Of a stretch of 64,000 bases of DNA, positions 10,777 to 21,413 are shown piece after piece. Under the pieces are notes generated by a model. It ran no database searches. It saw only the letters and a list, made by a program, of their open reading frames with translations, and had not been told where the DNA came from. Positions within the stretch are counted from its first letter, which is position 1; every line of letters starts with the position of its first letter. The position numbers and the translations under genes are program-made. Source of the stretch: Prasinococcaceae sp. CCMP 1430. Lineage: Eukaryota > Plantae > Prasinodermophyta. Location: the NCBI GenBank assembly GCA_013416795.1, contig RQSC01000012.1:62001-126000 (forward strand). Reading direction: 5' to 3'.

Positions 10777-11233
10777 CTAGCGTCTAGCTTGCTCAAGAAG
10801 CGACGCGGGGTCACGACAAGTTGGGCGTCAAGAATATGATGTCGCGCCTAGAGGCCGCCGACGATGTCGACCGCCTCATCGAGCGTCGCCAGCTGGTGGA
10901 CTTCGCGCCCATCTGCCGGGCATAGTTCATCGCCACGCTCGCACGCATGCCGCGCGTGCCCGCCTTCATCTCACATTCGTCTAAAGGATCATGGAGGTGA
11001 AGGGGCGTAAGGAGCGCGCCGACCTGGACGCCAAGGGTGAGACGCTCGGCCAGACAGGCTGAGTATCGCATGCGCACTGCCGACGTGACGCGGCGCATGC
11101 CCATGTTCAAGCGCGTGGGCGCGGCATGAGCGGCACGAGGCGCGAAAAAGGGCCTGTCACGCGCGCGCGCAGCACGCCAGCGCGCGGCCAGTCACGATTC
11201 CGCTCCTTGCATTACAGGCAAATCCCGCTCTAC

Positions 11234-12285
11234 CTAGCTAGCATGTAGCCTTGACCGCTCACTCTCCTCATCCGCCGTGTGAGCGTCTGCCTCGCGCTCT
11301 GGGAAGCGGACGACGGCCATCTCAGCAAAAGCGATGTTGCCTTTGTACTCAAACGGCGCGACGGAACGCTCATCGCGCAGCGTGGCGAGCAGCGCGGCGG
11401 GTCGCTCGCCGGGCGGCCGCGAGCTACCACCCCCGTCCCACATGGTCTCGTAGCGGTCGAAGCTGTTGCCCAAAACGATGCACGAATGCAGCGAGCGCCC
11501 CTCGCGAGCGTTGTGCGACACGAGGTTGTCATACAGCCACGCCTCGCAGTGCGGCATGTAGAAGAGCGTCACGGGCGCTGTCGCTGTGCGCATGCCTCGC
11601 TCGTCCTCGGCGATGCGCTCGACGCCCGCCTCGCGAAGCACCACGGCGTCAGCATCGCTCACCACGGGGTCGAAGAAGTGCACTGCACCGCCGCCGCCGC
11701 GCACGTCCAATGCGTCGGCAAGGTGCAGCCCAAGCGCGAGCTGCAGCCTCGCGGAGGCGCTACTTTCGGGCGAGCCAACGCCGTACATGACGAGCTATGC
11801 GCACGCCCGGGGCAAGAATTGCCGCTGCGCGTCAGCGCTCCGCGCGAAGCGACCAGCGCGTTGCTCACGGCGCAGCGAGCAAGAAAAGGTGGCAGCGGGC
11901 TCACCTGTGCGACTCCACCGCGCGCCGCGCCGGCGGCCTCCAGCTGCACCAGCAGCGCGGCAGCGAAGTCGGAGCGCATGACGCGCTCGCGCAGCGCGCG
12001 CACGTCCGCCCAGACGGACTCTGCGACCTCTTCGTCGGTGCGCGCGACAAGCCTGCGTCCACGTCGTTTTCTGCGCGCACCACCGCCTGCAGCGATGGCG
12101 GTGCCAGCGGTAGCGCCAGCGATGTCCCACCCCGGCAGAGCGCCACCTGCGTCCGCCTCGCTCTCGCGGGCGCTGTGGTTCGTTCCCCCGCCTTCTGACG
12201 CGCACGCGCGATTCCCCTTACCGGCGGCTGTGCCGCGCGCCTTGCGCGGCCCACCGACGACCGTCCAGCCGTCGCCATCGCCCAT
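11234..12285 (-). CDS. SRR1: SRR1-like protein; exons 12285-11905 and 11794-11234
   Basis: VMYGVGS, FFDPV, TLFYMPHCEAWLYDNL and VLGNSFDRY are SRR1 domain motifs; GT-AG intron in phase 0; TGTAA downstream at 11216-11212. Confidence 0.88.
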
Positions 12286-12374
12286 GCGGCTCTCTCCTGC
12301 CGCCGCTGCCGCGCGCAGCGGCAGCAGCGCGCAGGGGCGGAGAGGCAGCGGGACCGCCAGGCGCGGCGGCGGCG

Positions 12375-13004
12375 ATGTCGAAGGGCGGCGCCCGCCCGTC
12401 ATTCGCGGATCTGCCGCTCGAGCCCAAGAAAAGCCTGCGCTGCTGCCTCAACTGCAAGCTCGTCAAGACGTTCGAGCAGTTCATCGACGCGGGCTGCGAC
12501 AACTGCCCGTTCCTGAACATGCAGTCGGACCAGGTGCGGGAGCGCAGGCGCGAAGGGAGCTGAGCCGAGACGGGGGCGTCAAGGACTGAAAGCGCGTCCC
12601 TGCGCTGCGCTGCGCTGCTGGCCGCGGCGCGTCGACGCCTGCGGCCCCGCGCCGCCGCTGCCGCACAGGGCCTCCCCGGATGTTTTAGGGCACGCAGGCG
12701 AGCGAGCCGCGCAGCCGCACGTGGCGATCGCAATGGGCGGCGCTCGCGTGCGCGCGCTCACGCACGTGCGCTCCTCGCGCCCCGCACCACGCGCGCGCTC
12801 CGCGTGCCCTGCCCTGAACGCCCGCAGGACCGTGTCACGGAGTGCACGTCTTCGAACTTCGACGGCATCATCAGCGTGATGAAGCCGCAGGAGTCGTGGG
12901 CATCGCGCTGGCTTAAGATCGAGCGCACGCTACCGGGCTGCTACGCCGTGTACGTCGCCGAACAGCTCCCACAGAACGTCAGGGACGAGCTGGAAGGGCG
13001 CTAG
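12375..13004 (+). CDS. SPT4: Transcription elongation factor SPT4; exons 12375-12533 and 12828-13004
   Basis: LRCCLNCKLVKTFEQF..GCDNCPFL, then DRVTECTSSNFDGIISVMKPQESWASRWL...PGCYA; TGTAA at 13075. Confidence 0.95.
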
Positions 13005-13074
13005 CGCGCGCAGGTACGGGCAGCTCGCCGGCGCCGCGCGCGCACGCAAACCAGAGGCCGCGCGATGACGGCAA

Positions 13075-13079
13075 TGTAA
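13075..13079 (+). terminator. TGTAA (UGUAA) polyadenylation signal of SPT4; representative of several
   Basis: Lies 70 nt after the stop; UGUAA is the established chlorophyte poly(A) signal. Confidence 0.6.
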
Positions 13080-13104
13080 TATGATTAGGTGCAAGGGAGG
13101 CTGA

Positions 13105-15193
13105 TCACGCCGTCCGCCCGGCGGCGGCCCTGGCCGAAGGCGTGCGCGCGCGCGCGCTTCGCCGCGTGACGGAGGCCGGCGTGGCGCATCCCGGGTCGCC
13201 GCGCACGAGCGGCGCGCCACCGCCCTTGAAGTACGTGGTGTACCGCGCTTCGTAGTCGTCGCCTTGCAGCACCTCCCAGTGCGGGGCGAGCGTGCGTGAG
13301 AGCTCCCACAACAGCTTGGCCGTGTGCGTGTTCTTGCGCAGGCGCAGGCCCTTGGGCACGCCGCTTGACGCGGGCTCGGCCTCGCCGTCGAGCATCGCGC
13401 CCACGCAGGCGGCGAAGCATTCGGAGGTCACCTCGGTGTTGTACCCGCCCTCCAACGCCAGCACGAGCTTGCCTCGCGCCAGAGACATGAAGCGCCGCGT
13501 CATGGCGGCATACCCTGCGGGCGTGAGCTCACAGCCGCCGAGCGGATCGCCCGCCGCCGCGTCGAAGCCAGCAGCGAGGATCACCAGGTCGGGATCGAAC
13601 GACTGCGCCACGGGCAGTACCACCAAGTCCAGCGCGGCGATGTAGTCCACGTCGTGCATGCCAGCCCGGTCCCAGGGCACGTTGAGGTTGAAACCCGCTC
13701 CTGCACCTTTGCCCGTCTCCTCGGCTGCGCCGGTGCCCGGATAAAACCCATCGCCGTACCTGCATGTGCGCGTGTGGGCGCGTCAGCGTGCGCTCGTGCA
13801 TCATGCGGACCATCGCGTTGGCGGCTGGCTGAATGGCTTGCGACCCGCCCGCGGGCGAGTGCGGGTCAACATACCTGTGCAGGCTGACATACATCACGTC
13901 CGCGGACTCGTACAGGATATTTTGGATGCCGTTCCCGTGGTGCACGTCCCAGTCGACGATGAGAACGCGCCTTGCCAGGCCCTCGGCGATGGCTGCGCGC
14001 GCGGCAATGGCCGTGTTGTTGTAGTAGCAGAAGCCCATCGCGCGCGCGCACTCTGCGTGGTGGCCCGGCGGCCGCACCACCGCTGCCGCTGACCGCAGCT
14101 CGCGGCGGCACACGCGCAACGCGCACTCCGTGACGCTGCCCGCTGCCATTCGTGCCGCTGTATCTGTGTGCGCGTTGAAGAACGTGTCCACCATGTCGCT
14201 GTAAAATCGCAGGCCATTCACGGGGCCATAGTCGTATCGTGCCTTGGATGCCACCAAGCAGAAGTCGTCCTCGTCCTCGCTGCTGCTACTGCTGCTGCTG
14301 CTGGTTGCGCCGCCGCCGCCGCTCGTGCCACTACCACCGCTCCTACTCCCAACGCTTTCCGCCGGGCCGTCTGCGCGCTCGCGCCCACGCACACGCACAC
14401 GCAGGTGCGCGGCGAGTCAGGAGTCAGCGCCGGCGCGCACGAGCAGGCACCGGCAGCGCAGCGCGGCAACGGCCTTCGCCCCTGACGCACCATCCTTGTC
14501 CTCGGGCCCATGCTTGTCGTCCATGTCGGCGTACCACCCGCCGACCTTCTCGAGATGCTCCGCCGAGTGGCACAGCAGCAGCTCGGCGTCGGTCGCCACC
14601 CGCGCCGACACGTGCGCCATGCGCCCGGACAGGCCATCTTCTGCAAGCCGTGTCGCGAGCGCTGACAGGCGCGCGGGTCGCTCCGGATGACGCCTCCCGC
14701 CCTCGTGCATTTCCATCCCCGTGTCGTACGCCAGCCCAACGTCGCTCGGCGGCGGCGGCGGCGTGCACACTGCCTCGCCTTCACACGGTGAGGCGGCGCG
14801 GGCGCGCGCGTCCGACTCGGGCGTATCCTCGAGCGCTGCCAGGAGGTTCCCAAGCGCGAACGCGCTCCCCGGCGTCTCGGGCGTGTACGGGGTGGCCGCC
14901 TCTGTGCCCGCAACTGAGGGCGTCGCCGCTGCAGAGGCTGGCGGCGTCTTCAGCACGCTGCTGGCGCTCCCGGCCGGGCTCTTCTCGCCGTCAGACAAAG
15001 CGGCGTGCGCGCGACCCGCCGGCGTCGGCGCCGGCGGCAGCGGCACCCATGTGCCCTCCTCGATCGCTGCGCCGCCGCCTCCATCGCGCGCCGCGCCCGC
15101 GCAGCGCGGAGCGTCCGCGACCGGCGCGCGGGCGGAAGGCCTGTGGCACGCGCCGCGACCCTTCACCCCCCCCCTAGACACCCGCCGCCGCAT
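13105..15193 (-). CDS. Class II histone deacetylase (HDA5/HDA15/HDAC6-like); about 3 exons
   Basis: HPERPARL, VRPPGHHA, MGFCYYNN, DWDVHHGNG, SLHR|YGDGFYPGTG, GFDAAAGDPLGG and LEGGYN; catalytic residues appear intact; intron 13874-13760 joins in frame. Confidence 0.93.
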
Positions 15194-15475
15194 ACCCTCC
15201 CCTGCTGCGCTGCTGCAGCACCCGCCCCTGCCACCCGCGCTTCCCCCCCAAAGACGAACCCTTCACACACATCATAACCCCAATACCTAAACTGCACGCT
15301 CCCCAATTCTCATGCGAACCCTTCGAAAGGAGTTATTTCCGCCGAATGCCTCGAAAAGGAGGTGTGATAATGCGTGTGTAGCGCGGAAAACCAATTCTTG
15401 CGGTGATGAAAATACAGCCCCAGCTCCAGAGTGTGTTTATCCTGAACGAGCGGCTGCGGCGCGCCGCCGTGGCGC

Positions 15476-16660
15476 GTGGCGCTGTGGCGCGCGCTTTATG
15501 CCGCGGACGCGTACGTGGCCCCGCTCGTGCGCGCGCTGAGGCCCGCGAGGAGGCTCGCCAGGAGGGTCGCCAGGAGGCTCGGCACAGGCGCGGGAGGTGC
15601 GTGCGCGCGCGTCAGCGTTGTATCTGTGCACATGTACGTATTTGTGTGCGCGTGTGTGCGTGTGCGATCGAAAGTAGTCGCTGACACTTGTGCGCACGCG
15701 CGCGCGCGCGCGTACACAGCGCATGTCAACCGCCGGCCTCGACGGCTACGCGGGCGGGCCGGCCGGCGCGCCGCGCGCGAGGATGGGGAGGCGGAGGCCG
15801 ACACATCGCCGCCCGCGTCAGCAGGCGCTGCTTCGGCGGCGATGGCAGCGGAGCACACTGATCGCACAGAGCACACCAACGCGGAGGCCGACCCGCGTGC
15901 GGCGCCTGAGGTGCGTGCGCACGTTTATGCGCGGGCACGCGCGCACACGCGCGCACGTGCACGCGCATCCGTGCACTGATGCCAACACTGACACACACAC
16001 ACGCGTGTGCGCGCTTGCAGGGTGCGGATACTCCAAGCGCATCCGTGCGCTCGGTGCCAGCGCTTCTGCCTTCGTCCTCGGAGGACTCGGTGCCAGCGCT
16101 TCTGCCTTCGTCCTCGGAGGACTCGGTGCCAGCGCTTCTGCCTTCGTCCTCGGAGGACTTCGCCGACGCGTTAGAGGGGGACGACTATGACGACTATGGC
16201 TCGTCGGGCGACTACTGCTCGAGCTCCGGGGGAGAGGGGTGCGGCTGCGCGCCACGCGTGCGCACACAGGTGCACGCGCACGCGCATACGCACACACCAA
16301 CGCTGACGCACATGCGCACACCCACGCGCATGTATGCACACATACACACGCGCACGCACGCGTGCGCGCGCCCGCGCACGCATGCGCATACGCATGCCCT
16401 CGTGCCCGATGCGTGACAGTGGGATGGAGCTCGGTGGCGCTGGCGTGGGCGCGGCTGCGGTGGGAGATGTCGAGGCGGACGGCGAGCTGTGCTGCGTGTG
16501 CCTGCGTCGCCCGCGCGACGCGCTCTTTGCGAGCTGCGGCCACCGCGCGTGCTGCGTGCACTGCGCGCGGCGCGTGGCCGCGAGTGCACGCGCGGAGTGC
16601 CCCATCTGCCGCACGCCGCTGGTCTCCAACTCGCAGCCCGTTATACGCATCTACGGGTGA
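15476..16660 (+). CDS. C-terminal C3HC4 RING (IAP/MDM2-type) E3 ligase, multi-exon; 5' structure uncertain
   Basis: [26 protein letters not shown]...CPICR...IRIYG* in the last exon (from ~16419). Confidence 0.75.
16050..16157 (+). repeat. 3 x 36-bp perfect tandem repeat encoding [12 protein letters not shown]
   Basis: Unit CTCGGTGCCAGCGCTTCTGCCTTCGTCCTCGGAGGA occurs three times. Confidence 0.95.
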
Positions 16661-16873
16661 GGCGTGGGTCCAAACACACACGCAAACGCACGCACACGCA
16701 CACATACACATACACGCACGTGAGGTAAGTCTCCTGTGAATATCAAACGCTTGAGCCCTTGCAAGAGTGGCGTCGAAGCGCTCGCAGGGATGATCGACTC
16801 CAAGAGTGTCATCAAGCTAGCGCGCGAAGCCTTCGCACGCGCGCGCGCGTGCGTGCGTGTGCTGGTGCGTTCT

Positions 16874-18085
16874 CTACGTGGTGGCGAGTTCGGCCTGAGA
16901 CGCCGCGTACGCCGCGGCCTCCGCCTTCGCGCGCGCCACCTCCCTGCGCCCGAGCTCGAGCGCCCCTAGGCACGCGTCGCTGCCCGGTGGCACGCAGGTG
17001 CATGTCGCCGCATCGTCGGAGTACGCGCGCGCGTCCGCCCAGCCGGCACCGTCGGCCTCTTCGCCTGGGCACCTGGTGAAATCGCGCGGAAGGATTAGCA
17101 AACAGCGAGCTCGCACACACAAGGACACACTCGCACGCACGTGCACGCACCTGAAGCCCAACTGGGCGGGGCAGCGCTGAGTGACGGCGTGGCAAGTGCC
17201 GCGGCACGGCCGCACGAGGTGCTCATCCCCGCGCCAGATACCGCCGGGCGCGGGCGCAGCGCCAGCGGTGGCGGCGGCCGTGCAGCGGGGGAACATCTCG
17301 GCGCACAGCCACGCCTTGGACGCGCGTACAATGCGCACACGCAGGCACATTGTACATACGGGGCGTCCGTGTCAGCGCCGTGACGTACAGTAGACTATGC
17401 ATCTGATCAACAAATGGTAGCTCACGGATAGGTAGGTGCATACCAGGACCACACACACACGCACACACTGTTAGGCGCACGTCCAACGGCGCCAAGCGTG
17501 GCCATCAGGGCGTGTGCGTATGCGCACGCTTGCGAGCGGGCATGCGTGTGCGTGTGCGCGGGTTGGCGCGGGGAAGGGACGTGTGTGTGTCCCACCATCG
17601 CCATGGGCTACCTTGTACGCCCCCTCGCAGTCTTCGCACGTGAAGGTCTTGCGATCGGCGCAGGGAAAGGCGGCAAGCGCCAGCTGCAGCTGCCGCATCG
17701 CGCACGCTGCGTAGGCGTCCTCGCGCGCTCCTGGGACCGCCTGGCCCGCGCCCACGCGCGCGGGGTAGTCGACGAAGCCTGAGTGGCAGAAGTGCCCGTC
17801 CTCCTGCGGCAGCGACACGCGCGCGCACGTGAGGTCGAGCTCGGGAGGGCACACTTCCTCGGGGTTGGCATGTGTGTGTGTGTGTGCATGTGTTTCGTTC
17901 GCAGGCGGGACGAGGCTGCAGGCGGACGTGCCCGCGGGCGCGAGGTGCGCGCACGCGTGCAGGTGTGCGTGTGCGAGCGCGCGTCGCGCGAGGCCCGCGG
18001 CGCACGCGAGTGCGAACACGAGCGCCGCCGCCGCGCGCGCGGCATGCGGCCTCCGTGGCGTGGACCGCCAGTGATAACAACGCAT
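16874..18085 (-). CDS. Secreted/membrane Cys-rich protein of the Mid1/FAM155 (frizzled-like CRD) type; exons 18085-17612, 17314-17151, 17072-16874
   Basis: Signal-peptide-like AAALVFALACAAGLA; the spliced product reads FCHSGFVDYP...TCEDCEGAYK|AWLCAEMFPRC...PCRGTCHAVTQRCPAQLGFR|CP. Confidence 0.65.
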
Positions 18086-18319
18086 CGAAGGTGCGCGAGC
18101 GTGTGTGCGTGCGCGTGCGTGCGTGTGTGCGCGTGTGGTTGCGTGGTCGGCCGCGTGGCGCGCGCTCTCCCGCGCACACCGGCGGCGCCCTGCGTCGCCC
18201 GCGTGCCGTGTAGCGCTTCACTCCTCACCACCCTCCCATCCTCCCTTCGTTCTCGTCCCGTCCACCGCCCGCTCCACCTCACTCACCCCTCGCGCGCACG
18301 CGACCGCGCGTGTGCGTGC

Positions 18320-18353
<34 letters not shown>

Positions 18354-18705
18354 ACGCCAGCATGCCCCTTCGCTCCCTCCCACCCCTTCGTGCAATGAAC
18401 CCAAACTGGTAGGGTCTGTTTTGAGCTAGATGTGCTGTACGTACGATAGGTCAAAATACATTATTTTGAGCCCGTCTTCGCCAATGTGAGGTTTGGGTTA
18501 TGGCGCGAACCCTAATGCGCATGCGCGGGGGGGAGCGAAGGGGCACGGCGTGCGCGCGCGGGCGCCAGCGGGCACCGGCGGTCATCGGGGGCGATGGGGA
18601 CGGAGGGAGGGAGGAAGGGAGGGAGGGAGTAGTGCCGAGGCGTCACAGAGCGTGCGTCGCCGGGCGGCGCCGCTGTCACAGCGCGCGCGCGCGCGTGCCA
18701 TCTTC

Positions 18706-20313
18706 ATGGGCTGCAACGAGTCCAAGGTGCGCGCGCGCGCGGTCGCGCGCTTGTCGGGTCCCGCGGCGGCGCGCGCGGACGCGGTGACGCGCCGGGCGCA
18801 GACGGGGCGCGCGACTGACGCGCCCATTCCCGCGCCTGTCAGCACGCGGAACAGGTAGTAGCGCCTGCGCAGGTGTCGCAAGCGAGTGGGGGCAGCAACA
18901 AGTGCAACATGGCCACAGGCGAGCTGAAGCTGCTGCAGGTGCGCTCGGCGCAGCACGCGTCAGCGCTCTGTCGCTGTTCGCGCTAGCGTGCCGCGGCGGG
19001 CTCGCCCCTTGCGGTCGCTTATGTATGCCAACTGCGGCGCACAAAGTGTGACGCCCCCTAGATATCCCCTGCGCGCAAGCGCCGTGCGTGCAGACACCAC
19101 TGCCGGCCCTAGCACGTAGCGCCTGCAGCGCAGGCCGCTGACTGGCTCCGTCGCCGTCGCGCTGTTGCGATGCGCGTCGTGCAGACCGAATTCAAGTGGG
19201 ATGTCGAGGAGGACCGGGCCGAGGACAGACCCGAGCCCGCGCCGCAGCGTAGCTTTTCGCAGACTCGCGCGCAGCGCCAGTCGGTGAGCCCCCGAATGCT
19301 TCTCCGACCAGCTCGCGACGTACAAGAAGAAGGAAACCATGCCGAAAACCGCCGCCGCCGCCGACTTCCTGCGCAACGCTCTGAAGAAGATCGTGCTCTT
19401 TGCGGGCATCGACGACGATCAGACGGCTGAGGTGGTAGACGCGTGTGAGCAGGTCAGCGCTAAAGGGGGCGAGGTGATCATCAGGCAGGGGGACACGGTC
19501 GCGGACTACTTTTACATCCTCGAGGAGGGCACGGCGGAGGCGTCCATTGAAGGCAAGGGCGTGGTGAAGACGTACAGCGGCAGCGGCGACTCCTTCGGGG
19601 AGCTCGCGCTCATGTACTCTGCGCCGCGCGCGGCGACGGTCAAGGCTACGAGTGACTGCCGCATGTGGCGCCTAGATCGCTCCACCTTTCAACTGATCGT
19701 GATCGCCTCGACCCGACTCAAGCGCGACAAGTACGAGACATTCCTGCGATCCGTGCCGTTGCTGCAGGTGCTCGACTGGGAGGAGATTGCAGCTTTGGCC
19801 GACGTTCTCGAGCCTACCAAGTACGATGTGGGCGCCGTCATCATCAAGGAGGGCGACACTGGCGGTCAGTTGGCCAGCGAGGCGCGCCTGCGCACTCGTA
19901 TGGGCGCGTGTGGGTGCTGGCGCGGCCGTGCCTACATCCACCGCATGGCCTGACCCTCCGACGCTCGGAACATCCCACGCATGCGCGCACCCCGTCCTCA
20001 TCCCCCTCCCACTCCTCTCCGCACCTCAGACACATTCTTTATCGTCGAGGAGGGTACGGTGATCGCCACGACGGCATCAGGCGAGTCGACCTCCTTCGAG
20101 AAGGCGTCTTACTTTGGCGAGCTTGCGCTGCTCACAAGCGAGCCCCGCAAGGCTACGTGCGTTGCCGCAACACAGTGCAAGCTCATCACGATCGACGTCA
20201 CCTCGTTTGGCCGCCTGCTTGGCAAGGCCGACGAGATCCTCTGTCGCAACGCCGAGAAGTACAGGATCTTCCTCGAAAAAGGCGCCGCGGCAGTCTTCAC
20301 GGCGGAGGCGTAG
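18706..20313 (+). CDS. PKAR: cAMP-dependent protein kinase regulatory subunit-like (two CNB domains, N-terminal MGC); exons 18706-18726, 18873-18938, 19185-19864 (indel or micro-intron near 19290), 20030-20313
   Basis: IIRQGD..DYFYILEEG, FGELALMYSAPRAAT (PBC-A), FGELALLTSEPRKAT (PBC-B), and RQSVS ahead of CNB-A. Confidence 0.85.
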
Positions 20314-20803
20314 GCAGGCTGCGGCGTGCTGGCTCTCTCACACAGTTGTACACAAATTTATCATGGATGCACGAGACGCTCGCCGGCGCAGGCCGGCGCT
20401 ACCGCGAGTGCGCACGCACGCAGCCGCGGGGGCGCCGCACTTGCAGCCGGACTCGCCCGCCCTTCGGTGCCACACACTTCCACACTTCCACTCCGCGCCC
20501 GCACGTGCGCGCGCGCACGCGGGTAGCGCATGCGGGGGGGGGGGAGGGGGTGGAACAAGTCCACTGGCGCATGGCGCACGCACGCGAGCGCGCGCGCCGA
20601 GACCGGCCGGTGCACCAGCAGAAAAGTAACGGTCGATACTTTGATGGCGTTTTCGCATGCCGGCGCCGCGCGCATGCGAACGCGCCATCACACGGCGCCG
20701 GCGGCAGCGTACGCGCCACACAGCGCCCACGTCGCGCGCGCCTCGCCCTCTCCCTCCGCCGTCCTCCTCGCGCGCTCCACCCACGCGCGCGCAGCCGCTC
20801 ACG

Positions 20804-21216
20804 ATGTACAAGGTCCTCAAGGGCATCGACGCGGCGGGCGCCGCCGCGTTCGAGACCAACGCCGACGGCACCGCCAAGGACGCCGCGGCGTACCGCGAGG
20901 CCCTCAGGGCGGACGCCGCACGCATGGCCGTCATCAGGGTGCGCGCGCGCGCGCTGCGCGCCCGCGCGCCCGCATCGCGCTCGGACGCCGCCCAGAGCAT
21001 CGAGAGAACGACGGCGCAGGCGGCGGCGATGGCGGCGGCGGCGCTGCCACCGGCGAGGCGGGCAGCAAGAGATCGAAGGCAGGCGACGCGGCGGCAGCGG
21101 GCCGCGCTCCGGTGGACTACGCCACGCGGCAGGAGCGCCGCCACCAGAAGGTCGACTCGGACGGGGACTGGGCGGACGGCTTCATCATCTGCGATGCGAG
21201 GCCAGGGGCCCGCTGA
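20804..21216 (+). CDS. Small hypothetical protein (probably 2+ exons)
   Basis: GC3-rich segments MYKVLKGIDAAG...AARMAVIR and VDYATRQERRHQKVDSDGDWADGFIIC...*; splice phase unresolved. Confidence 0.4.
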
Positions 21217-21413
21217 CGCGGCCGCGCCGCAACGACCAGCGGCGGCGCGCGCGGACGGAGCACCGATTGCGCGTCGCAGCCGAGCGCGTGTGCCATCCTC
21301 GGCGCGCCTGATTCTGTGCGCGACCTCGCCCGTGTGGTACAACGACGTTTACACGCATGCGCACGCGAGCGCGCACGCTACACACGAGCGTTCACCAGCT
21401 CGCGCCTCTTCGC

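Noticed and set aside
10811-11110. 99-aa minus ORF and short plus-strand protein-like fragments between CD2BP2-like and SRR1
   Set aside because: No motif or consistent gene structure; it lies between convergent 3' ends and is probably UTR.
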